A stretch of DNA of 63,030 bases, filler included, from Klebsormidium nitens (Eukaryota; Plantae; Klebsormidiophyceae), in the NCBI GenBank assembly GCA_000708835.1. It is 4 parts of 4 records of this genome, joined end to end, with 100 filler letters (N's around TTAATTAATTAA, not from the genome) between each part and the next. Parts side by side here need not be neighbours in the genome. Positions count along the whole stretch, not along the records: positions 1 to 25,017 come from DF237863.1; 3 more parts are not named here. One strand, given 5' to 3'. Made by a program: the position numbers and the translations under genes. Below, one piece after another: positions 1 through 9,806 of the stretch (its first letter is position 1; the number at the start of each line of letters is the position of its first letter). Under the pieces are notes generated by a model, which saw only the letters and a program-made list of their open reading frames with translations, did no database searches and was not told the DNA's origin.

Positions 1-829
1 ATAGACTAGGCGCTGATGCCAGGGCGGCATGGAGTATCTCGGGGCTAAGAAGGAAGGAATCGACGGGCTCAAAAGGGGCTACCCAATCAGGGATCGGGGA
101 CGGCGCTGCAGGATGCAACTCTCTAAGGGTATGAACGGTCTCCTCCGTAACCGGAGCCGGCCTGCTCGACTCCAAAGCTCTAGCTGCATGGCTAAGCTCA
201 CCCGCCCGTCCAAGCCGAAGACAACGACGGATCCTGCGCGCCTGCGCCTCCTCAGCGGTGGGCTCACCCGCTAACTGCGCAGCCCCATGCTCTCCCTCCT
301 CAAACCGCTCCGCAAGAAGATCCTCGGCCTCGTGGTGATCGTCCAGCAGGCCCTCCCAATCTCCGCTCTCGAAGCGGCGGCATCGCTCCTTGAGATTGCG
401 CAGCCCGGCCTTGCCCCCCCGTACCAGTGCCCCAAGGACTAGTGTTGGAAAGAGGAGAAGGATGGCCCATGCTCCCTCATCGGTGTGATCTGCCACTATC
501 TTCTTAAGCGGTAAGAGAAGGGCTCTAGCTAGATCGCCACGAGCGGCTTGTGGGATGCGGATCTGGCGCGTCCCAAAGCCTGGAAGAAGCTCCTCCTCAA
601 GGTCAACCTCGGTCGCGGCCCATTCCCAATCCGCGAGGGTGGGAATGGCATGAGGCGGGCGTCGATGGCGGGCTCCATTAACTCCGTGCCCTTGGAATTG
701 TTGGACCCGCAATGCCTCCTTCCTATCGCACCACGTTTTGTGCGCTCCAAGCCCCCTAGCACCTTTACATAGCTTGGTGCATCGCGGGCACGCTAGCAAA
801 ACGACTTGGTTCCCGGCAGCCTGAGGCAT
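1..829 (-). mobile_element. 5' part of a CRE-like (R2-superfamily) non-LTR retrotransposon ORF; runs off the left edge of the window
   Basis: Stop-free minus frame from ATG 829 to position 1, absent from the ORF track because it has no stop in the window. Contains a CCHC zinc finger (CPRCTKLCKGARGLGAHKTWC), then RCRRFESGDWEGLL and RRCLRLGRAGELSHAARALESSRPAPVTEETVHTLRELHP...ALASAPSL, the typical pre-RT region of CRE-type elements. Confidence 0.75.
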
Positions 830-2869
830 CGTGACATCGCGCAAGGAGCGGTACTAGCATCCTGCGGGGCTGTGTTGCTGCCATGGAGAGCTTTGCAGGG
901 AGCCTTCAAGCACCAAAAATGGTGCCCAAATGAGGGAGATACCTCCCGCTACTCACGGCAGCCATGGCGCCAGATTTGAATTCAGAGCGCCCTACTAGCC
1001 GTTGCTCAAACTGGGTCAGCAGCAACCAGGCGCAACTTTGACTATTGTAGCCTTAGGTGATCTGTTCGTGCTACTTGGGCAGCGATGTTGGTGGGCGCTG
1101 CTTCCATAGGAGCTCTGCAGGAGCAGCAGCAGCAGGCAGGCAGGAGGCAGGACCCGTCGGCGTCAGTTGCTCTATAATGTACGGACGTCGGCGAAGGACT
1201 TTACCGGCGCGCGTCTGCCCGCGTTGCATCCATCATATTCCGGCATCCGGCGTCCGTGGCTAGCGGTCGACAGCGGAACCCATTCAATGGTTCCGGAATC
1301 GTTCCGGAATGATTCCGGGTGACTCTACATCGCTTCTTAGCGGACTAAGAAGCTGGCGGCCGCATTCCGGTAACATACCTAATAGATGTGAGTACGTATA
1401 CCTAGCTACTGTTTGTATCTTCTGTAGGTAGTATCAACGTCGTACGTACGGATTGTAGACCTCCCATTGAATTGTCTGTATCGCATATTGCAGCTCCACA
1501 AAACGGTACGTTGCTTCGTATTCAATATGGTCTTACTGACAAAACTTTGGTCTGATCATTCCGACGTGCAATAAGGGAGCCATCTAGTAAGAACCGTTAA
1601 GACGTTAATCTATATTTTTATTTGCATCATTACACTCCGTTTTAGTGGGTTGGTGGGNNNNNNNNNNNNNNNNNNNNNNNNNNNNNNNNNNNNNNNNNNN
1701 NNNNNNNNNNNNNNNNNNNNNNNNNNNNNNNNNNNNNNNNNNNNNNNNNNNNNNNNNNNNNNNNNNNNNNNNNNNNNNNNNNNNNNNNNNNNNNNNNNNN
1801 NNNNNNNNNNNNNNNNNNNNNNNNNNNNNNNNNNNNNNNNNNNNNNNNNNNNNNNNNNNNNNNNNNNNNNNNNNNNNNNNNNNNNNNNNNNNNNNNNNNN
1901 NNNNNNNNNNNNNNNNNNNNNNNNNNNNNNNNNNNNNNNNNNNNNNNNNNNNNNNNNNNNNNNNNNNNNNNNNNNNNNNNNNNNNNNNNNNNNNNNNNNN
2001 NNNNNNNNNNNNNNNNNNNNNNNNNNNNNNNNNNNNNNNNNNNNNNNNNNNNNNNNNNNNNNNNNNNNNNNNNNNNNNNNNNNNNNNNNNNNNNNNNNNN
2101 NNNNNNNNNNNNNNNNNNNNNNNNNNNNNNNNNNNNNNNNNNNNNNNNNNNNNNNNNNNNNNNNNNNNNNNNNNNNNNNNNNNNNNNNNNNNNNNNNNNN
2201 NNNNNNNNNNNNNNNNNNNNNNNNNNNNNNNNNNNNNNNNNNNNNNNNNNNNNNNNNNNNNNNNNNNNNNNNNNNNNNNNNNNNNNNNNNNNNNNNNNNN
2301 NNNNNNNNNNNNNNNNNNNNNNNNNNNNNNNNNNNNNNNNNNNNNNNNNNNNNNNNNNNNNNNNNNNNNNNNNNNNNNNNNNNNNNNNNNNNNNNNNNNN
2401 NNNNNNNNNNNNNNNNNNNNNNNNNNNNNNNNNNNNNNNNNNNNNNNNNNNNNNNNNNNNNNNNNNNNNNNNNNNNNNNNNNNNNNNNNNNNNNNNNNNN
2501 NNNNNNNNNNNNNNNNNNNNNNNNNNNNNNNNNNNNNNNNNNNNNNNNNNNNNNNNNNNNNNNNNNNNNNNNNNNNNNNNNNNNNNNNNNNNNNNNNNCT
2601 TCTAACACATACCTCCACCGTTCATCCGATGATCAGCAAAATCCAAACAACAACGGTAGTCGAAGTCCGACAGCAATACCTTGACTCACATCGATCGTCA
2701 GTTGGAGTTATTGTACGACCAGAGGGACTCCGTTGGACCGGTACGCTAGACGCTAGAAGGGAGATTCTTATGCGAACGGCCGCTATGAGTAAGATCAATG
2801 TGCTTAAGAGAACGTCAGGTGGGCACCTCTGATCTTGATTGTCTTCGCTCGCTTTAACAAACTTAGTTT

Positions 2870-5695
2870 TTAACCGGTGGCGTTGGTCGGGGTTGAGACC
2901 AAGGCCCTGGGGATGGCGGTGACGTTGTAGGGCAGGTAGTAGTACGCCTCGAAGACGCCGCCGATCTCATCGTGGTGCATAACGCCTGCAGGCGACCAGC
3001 CTCATCAGCTTGGATTTCTGAGTAACTGAAAAGATTTCTGTTGGAATATCAAGGTGCCCATCAGACCAGATAGCGGCTGGCGACTTTCCGTCAGACGAGC
3101 CTTATTCAAGAGCACGGGTGAGCGCAGTTGGCTCCACAGTCGAATGAGCCGAGCACTTTCTGGACAGGAGCGCCAACGACAGTGTTCGATTGAGCCGGAA
3201 CTTGTCTGAGATCACTCGCGAGCAGTGTCCGAGCATCTCGGACATTCCAAATCACTGATCTCCTGATCGTGCGTGCCACCAATTGCATCTCGGACATTCC
3301 AAATCACTGATCTCCTGATCGTGCGTGCCACCAATTATCCTGCAGCCCTTTTCCTTACTCGTCCTGCTGCCCTTTGCTCTGAAAGTTTCAACGAGCAAGT
3401 ACAGAATCTACAGAAGGGGCTTGTGTCAAATGGGCCAACCAATGGCAGGTGGGCTGGCGGGCCTCACCCTGTGCCCCGAAGTACTTGCCGCCCCCCCCGG
3501 TGATGACGAGGGTCTCTAGGGAGATGCTGTCGCCCTCGCGGAACGTGGAGATCTGCTGGCAGGTGATGATGTCGACCTCGATGGAGTTGGGCGTGGTGAC
3601 GGGGCCAATCAGGCCGGTGTCAAACGCGAAGATGGAGTAGCAGATGTAGACGTACTGAGCCACACAGCAGAAGAGGCTATCAGCAGCAGGAAACTTGATT
3701 CGAGAAAACGTGCTGGGAGATTGGATTGAGGAAATTTTTCGTCCTGGCGCAATGTTGGCAATGGGCAACTGCTTGCCTGCAGAAGCTGAGCCGGAGTGAA
3801 GTGATTAGCGTAGGCGGGTTCCGTGGAAGACTGAAACGATGTGGGACCTGGTAAAGGACCTTGAGCGTCACGTTGAGCTTCCCCTTCGAGCAACCTCTGT
3901 GCAATCAGCCACGGCGTGATTGTCGAACAAGTGGTGGCCAGGATATCATCTTCAAGCTAGTACTTCAAATCCTCGAAAACAATGCATTCTGGCATTGCAC
4001 CGACTCATTGTCGTTAACTCGCATCAGCTCATCACAGGTGATGGTCTCATTGAAGTGGCTGACCTGATCTTTTCAATTCAAAAGGATGCTGCAAGCTCAA
4101 GAAACAAGAATGCTGCAAGCTCAAGAAGCAAGACTTATGTAGTCTTTGGGACTAGATGTAATCTAGACGTAGCCCCTATGCAGCCCACAATCTGGACATG
4201 TAGCACAGTGTTCCTTGAGCCACAGAAGTGAAAGTGGCCGTCGCCGAAAGGAATCACAGGGGACCCATCACTCTCAGTCTTTTGAGATGCCACACATCCA
4301 GTCCTAGCGCCAAATGTCAGTGGTGAAGAATCTGCAACTGACATACTTCCTCATGTTCTCAGGGACAGCCTCCAGTGCACCGGTGACTCACCCTGTCGGA
4401 GCCATCCCCAGGGGTGGACGTCAGGGTGCAAGTGCCGGCCTGGTAGCCAATCTTGTTACCCCTGGTCATGTCGCTCATGTCAGCATCATACAGGTCGTCG
4501 TTGAAAGTGTCGACATCACCTGACCAAGAAAGGATGAAGTATCAGCGCTTGCGGTGTGATGCAGAAACGATTTACCTACTGTTCTGGCTTGTTGTCCCAT
4601 GTCTAGTTACGGCTCTGCCTAACCGCCCTGCAAAAAGATGCAAGCATTTTCTGCAGCTTGGGAAGGCCTTGTACAATGCCCTGCACTCTCTTTCTTGGGA
4701 GCCCCGTGCTCTCTTTCTTGAGACATGGCTGCCAGCTGGCGGAGATGGGGCGGGCCGCTGTGGCTCACCGTTGCGGAGCTTGTCTGCGGACCAGGTTGGG
4801 ACATGGCGGGCCAGGCCGTAGGTTTCATTGTCTCTCCTCCAGAAGGTCAGCGTCTGCAGGCTGGGCTGAGCGTGAGCGACCTGCAAAGAGTTACACAAGG
4901 GTCAGCCAATGACCAATGGGGCCCTCTGAACCAAGCAGCATTCTTCCATTGAATGGGCATTGCTTCTCCAATCCACAGTCCTGTCTTTTGAGCATTCGAG
5001 GTGGTTGCCGTGTGACGAGGAGTTGCTGAAGGAATCAAGATGAGCGCACAGAAATCAAGTAGGTACTCACTTCCACAATGCTGCATTGGTGACAGGTGGC
5101 AAACATTTTGCATTTTGCATTTTGCAGCATTTTGCTCAGCGTTGTTCTTGTATATGGTCTTTTCAATTCAAGCAGTGCAAATGTTCAGATGAAGAGAGGG
5201 AGACAGGTCATAACCCAGAAGTGAAATCCTACAATGGACGCTGATTGACCTATCCTTGGGTTCAAAATCGTAGCAAGAACTTCAAGTCACCAATCAGCAC
5301 CACAAAAAATCCAAGTAGGAAGCAGCTCTCAAATGTTCCAACTGAAGATGTTGAGGAAGTGACCAACACTCTTATACAGGTCAACCCCTGGAGCGAGCTC
5401 ACCCAGGCCAGGGAAAGAATAACTGTCAAGACCCTGTGGTGTTAGAATCCAACACAAAAGCTCAGCAGAATTGGCCTCTCTTCATTCATGATAGAGCCGC
5501 CTGAGAATTTCACGAAGAGAATTCTTCAAGAATGTGCAAGCTCGCACAATGCCACCACAAGAGGATGGAAGCTGAGGGAAGCAGCACAAGCAGAAGCAAG
5601 AAATACTTCTTGATGGTCACTTGGAGAATTCGCAAGCTCACCTCAGTCAGCAGGCAGCACACGAGGAAGACTGCAGCCACCACCTTGGAAGCCAT
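2870..5695 (-). CDS. Secreted dirigent / allene oxide cyclase (AOC)-like beta-barrel protein, 198 aa, 5 exons
   Basis: Exons 5642-5695, 4769-4880, 4392-4519, 3468-3654, 2870-2985; all GT-AG, phases consistent (597 nt). Signal peptide MASKVVAAVFLVCCLLTEVAHA-QP. GDVDTFNDDLYDAD...KIGYQAGTCTL and LVITGGGGKYFGAQG resemble the AOC/dirigent motifs GDLVPFTNKLY...GITAGLC and LAITGGxGxFxGAxG. Sequons NET, NVT, NAT. Confidence 0.8.
3233..3336. repeat. Perfect 52-bp tandem duplication in an intron
   Basis: GCATCTCGGACATTCCAAATCACTGATCTCCTGATCGTGCGTGCCACCAATT at 3233-3284 and 3285-3336. Confidence 0.95.
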
Positions 5696-5992
5696 TGCAA
5701 CGTGGGCCTTGATAGTCGAAGCTGTTCTGGGTTAACGTAAGATTCTAAGATTAGATTGATCAAACAAGCAAAATGTTGAGCTGAGACAAATGACCAGATT
5801 GTGAATGTCGGCTGCGTTTTGGTTGAAGATACGGTACTAGCTTTGTGTTACCTTCATACCTTGAGGCTTGGAGCCAGTCGAGCGGGCTCGCTGTGGGCAG
5901 CTAGCTGAAACCATTAGCTAGGGCCGAGTTGAAGGCAGGTTGAAACACCTCGCTAGGTCCTAGTCGTCTAGGTAGATATGAATATGAGTGTC

Positions 5993-6016
5993 AAAAAAAA
6001 AAAAAAAACAAAAAAA
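5993..6016 (+). repeat. Poly(A) tract, possible retroposon tail
   Basis: A16-C-A7 within TpA-rich repeat-like DNA. Confidence 0.6.
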
Positions 6017-7022
6017 GGTAGATACTACCCAGACCCCTCCGAGTCTTGTTCGGGTGATTCCAACGGGTGATACCAGCTCGGCAGGTCTGGCAATGGACTC
6101 TGAAGCTATCTCGCTAGCTACTGACAATAGCATTGATTCAGATAAGTCCTATATGACGTGCGCATTCCCACCCAACGGTACCTATTCATGCAGTTCCCCA
6201 GCCGCGATGCCTAGCGTTTGGAGTCAGGAATGTGAACCATGATGCAAGCTGGCCGTACCTTGTCGAACGAACATGAGGGATAATGAGCCGCAAAAGCATG
6301 TGAATATATCGACGTACGTAAATCACGTGGAAACCGGTACCTTCTAATAATGAACTGAGCAGTGCGAGCTTCGAGCAAATCTGTGTTCTTATGAAATAAC
6401 GGTCATCGTCCCGGTCTTAGTCAGCAGTCTCCACTACGTACCTATCCAACACAACGATAGGGACCGGGACATGCTTGATATCAGCTCAGGAGTCAGGACT
6501 CAGCTGAGTCTACCGGTAGGCATACTGCCCAGTGCTGAGTGCACAGCGGAAGTGACTAGGTAACTAGGTACCAAGGTAGACTGAGTAGTAAGTACCGTAC
6601 TGCGTTTCAAATTTCGGCAAATAAACATGTGGATATAAATTCGGCCTGCTGAAATACAATGATTATTCATACGTGAATATGGTCGATAACGATAATCTTA
6701 GTAGGTAACGTGGGGTCTGCCAAAAGTAAAAAAGGTTTTTTTTATTTAATAATTGCTTCTTTGGCGTCGAAATCAAAAAACAGTAGGGTAGTACGTACTA
6801 GTACGGCGGGTGGTAACCGACAGGGACAGGAGCGAGATACCGTAGAATGAGTGTTGTACCGGTACTCGGAAGGTAGCAGAGATACAAATAAAGTTTAATA
6901 CCTATAAGGCATTGTGACCTATAAGGTACTGAGTTGTGTAAGAGGACTGTACACTTAATGATTGCGCGGTCGTAACCGGCGCTGCGCGGTGCGTACCCGA
7001 GAAGCAGCCGGGCCTACCCTGG

Positions 7023-7132
7023 GACATTAGGGTCTCGCAAGCAACCGGGTGACAAGCAGGCCCTCCCTCTGACATTAGGGTCTCGCAAGCAGCCGGATCA
7101 CAACCGGGCACTTCCCAGTGACATTAGGGTCT
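7023..7132. repeat. Three copies of a GACATTAGGGTCT(CGCAAGCA) core at 48-49 bp spacing
   Basis: Copies start at 7023, 7071 and 7120; intervening sequence is partly related. Confidence 0.85.
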
Positions 7133-7850
7133 GTCGGTCACATTACCCCAGGTTTAGAGTGTTGCCCGGGGCCTCATATGTACAACATTCCTCTACGGAT
7201 GAAGAGTTTCCTTATAGGGAACAGTACCTTATAGGAATTAAACTTTATGGTTATTAGCAGAGAGCGTCTTGCCACGGAGTTCCGCGGCGGCCCCCTTCGC
7301 ATCACACTCTGCCCGCCGGTCGCCAAGAAATGAGCGTACGGGCAATGGGCATACGGGCTTGTCTGCCAGGTCGGCGTCACTGCACGACGCCGGCTCTCAG
7401 GCCCGGCCCCAGTCTGGCGACTAACGTAGCTAAACCGTTAAACTAGCAACACTCGGTAGTCGAATACCGGTAGGTAGGCTACCAGACGACCGACTCCCGA
7501 GACGGTCTCCACTTGCTACGTACGGTACGGTATTCGGCCAACCGCCAGAGCAGAGCCTTCGGTAAACGGTCGCTTGAGGGGGACCGGTCACCGGTCCCCG
7601 GGCTGATGCCAGCTCTAACAATTTATCACCCGAGTCCCGACCCAGTAGTACTACCGGTACTTAGTACAAGAATTTAACCTACCGTAGTACGACCGAGTTC
7701 AAACTTCAGAGTCGATCATCCGTACAAATTCTAGGTACGTAAGATCGACCGACGACCACGTGGTAGGAACCACGGTCCACCGGTGACCGTACGCCGGGAA
7801 AGCTAGTAACCGGCGGCTTACCGGCCGCCGTGTGCCCAGTGCCGGTTATG

Positions 7851-8050
7851 AAACTGGCGACATTTGTGTTCACTTAGGGCGGTGTTCACTTAAGAACAGG
7901 TCCCGGGGACGGGTAGGGTTGGTTTGGGGGTTAGGGTGGGTACGGGTGCGGAGCGGGTGATCTTGTTGGTTTAGGTTTTTAATTTGGGTTTTGCCCCGGG
8001 CGTGTACCTAAGTGAACACAAGCTTAAGTGAACACATATGTCGCCAGTAT
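7851..8050. mobile_element. MITE-like element, about 200 bp
   Basis: TIR ACTGGCGACATWTGTGTTCACTTA (7853 onward vs reverse complement ending 8048), subterminal GTGTTCACTT repeats; flanked by the 9-bp direct repeat CCGGTTATG (7842-7850, 8051-8059). Confidence 0.7.
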
Positions 8051-8064
8051 CCGGTTATGGATAC

Positions 8065-8240
8065 TTCTCTAGAATAGGTTTAGGTATTATCTCAAAGTTC
8101 AAAGCAAGAACGAGCTAACATTAGAAAACCTAAACCCAAATATTAATTTACCGCTCCACACCCGCACCCACCCTAACCACCATACTAACCCTAACCGTCC
8201 CAGTACTAAAGCTTGGGCTTACCAAACCTATTCTAGAGAA
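8065..8240. mobile_element. Second MITE-like hairpin element adjacent to the first
   Basis: TTCTCTAGAATAGGTTTAGGTA at 8065 vs TACCAAACCTATTCTAGAGAA ending 8240; the interior is an inverted relative of the GGGTTAGGG-rich interior of the 7851-8050 element. Confidence 0.6.
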
Positions 8241-9806
8241 CAATCGGTTTTTGGCGGCCATCACGCGTACGGGTACCGGTAGCTAGCGGCTAGCGGCCGC
8301 TAGCCCCCTGTCGAGTATCGAAACTCTCGCCAGATAGGAGGCCGACTCGTACCTAGTACTGGTCCCAATCATTCGCTCGGCCAACCTATGGCGGCTGGCC
8401 GCAGTACGGTATGGCGGCTGGCCGGCTGCGTCAGGAGTCAGGACTCGGGAGATCACGAGACATGCCAGTTGCCAAATTCTAACGGCGCCGGCCGCTCGCT
8501 GGTCAAACCTGGTCTTTGTGATAAACCTATGCTTTCACAGCGATTTGCATTTTGTGCTCTCAACCCAATGCTTGCTCCGGCCCAGCTTTCGCAGAATTTG
8601 AACTTTGCTGTATGTAGCGTCGCCTCTGCCGGATTCAATCCAATCATCGTAATAAGTGCGGCCGAGTGATATGACTTGAGCCCAGCGTGTGGCTGATGCA
8701 TGATGTGATCCCTCGTGTGAACATACCAGCCTGGAGAGTCCGGACTCCGGACTCTAGCCATGCATCGGTTTTAATACCGGTAGTCACATTTTGCGTTGCC
8801 CTTTTACAACCTAGGCATGCAGTCAGTCAGGATACCCAAAGCTGTACACTGTCAGACACATTAGTCAATTAGTCAGGATACTCCTGTAAGTCTCCAGCTC
8901 GCGGTGGCTTCAATCGAGCTTTGTACTCTGCAATGTGCATGCAATATGCATAACACCGCGTCGCAACGATCTCGGACCCTATCTTCTCGGGCTGCCACTC
9001 TGACAGCTTCTGCGCTTGTAGCACTAGATTGTCTTTTAGTTATGGACTCTCAGTACTTCTGGTGCCTACCGGCCCAACGAGCTGGCGCGAGTTACATCGT
9101 AGGCCCCTAGTAGCTGCAGCCATACTTCTCAGGAGTCAGCACAGAGAACGCAACGCAGGACTCAGCTCGCGAGCTGTGGGCCTTCCGTGCGCGTCATGTG
9201 TACAGGTGCAGCAGATACATTACATAGTGAGCTTAGCTCGGTTTCATCTGTGGAAGATGGCGCATGAGCGCCATCCACATGGCAGATCATCATTGACTGC
9301 GGGATGGATAGTCCAGCTGCAGTATGAGCCACATCCGCATCCTAGGGTTGACAGGTGGCAACAAAGAGTTGAGATAGCGCATGTTGGCATGGCAAAAGCG
9401 CGCTGATGTAAAGCAGTGCGGACCAGCATGGCGCGTGCAGAGACGATTGGAAGTAGCAGCGCCGCATGTAGTTTGGCAGCATGGTTGACACCAGAACTTG
9501 GACAAGCAGATCAGGCTTTGGCACTGTGTGTTTGGTAGCTCAGGTTTTAACAGTAGTGCACTTCATGCAAGTAGGAATCACGCGGTTGCCAGTGGGAAAA
9601 CACATCCGTGTCGGACTTTCTGCAGCCTATAGCTAGTGGACCGTCCAACAGGCATCACATGGAGACCTGTCGCCCAGTCTGAACCTGCATTGGCGCCTTT
9701 TTAATTTGCGCCGCTGATCGAGCAAAAGAGCAGCTGAGCCGCCTGTTACCAGCTGGAAACGGCGGAGCCAATGCCGCGTGTGCGGGTCAGTGCGTGATCA
9801 AGTGCC

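Noticed and set aside
29-772. Plus-strand ORFs 29-274 and 548-772
   Set aside because: Antisense shadows of the minus-strand retrotransposon ORF
1605-2832. Long ORFs of 330-540 aa in the track here and at 45967-47595 and 54520-54953
   Set aside because: They are runs of N (assembly gaps) translated as X, not genes
7023-7132. CRISPR-like repeat-spacer pattern
   Set aside because: Only three short cores, spacers partly homologous, eukaryotic context and no cas genes; reported as a repeat
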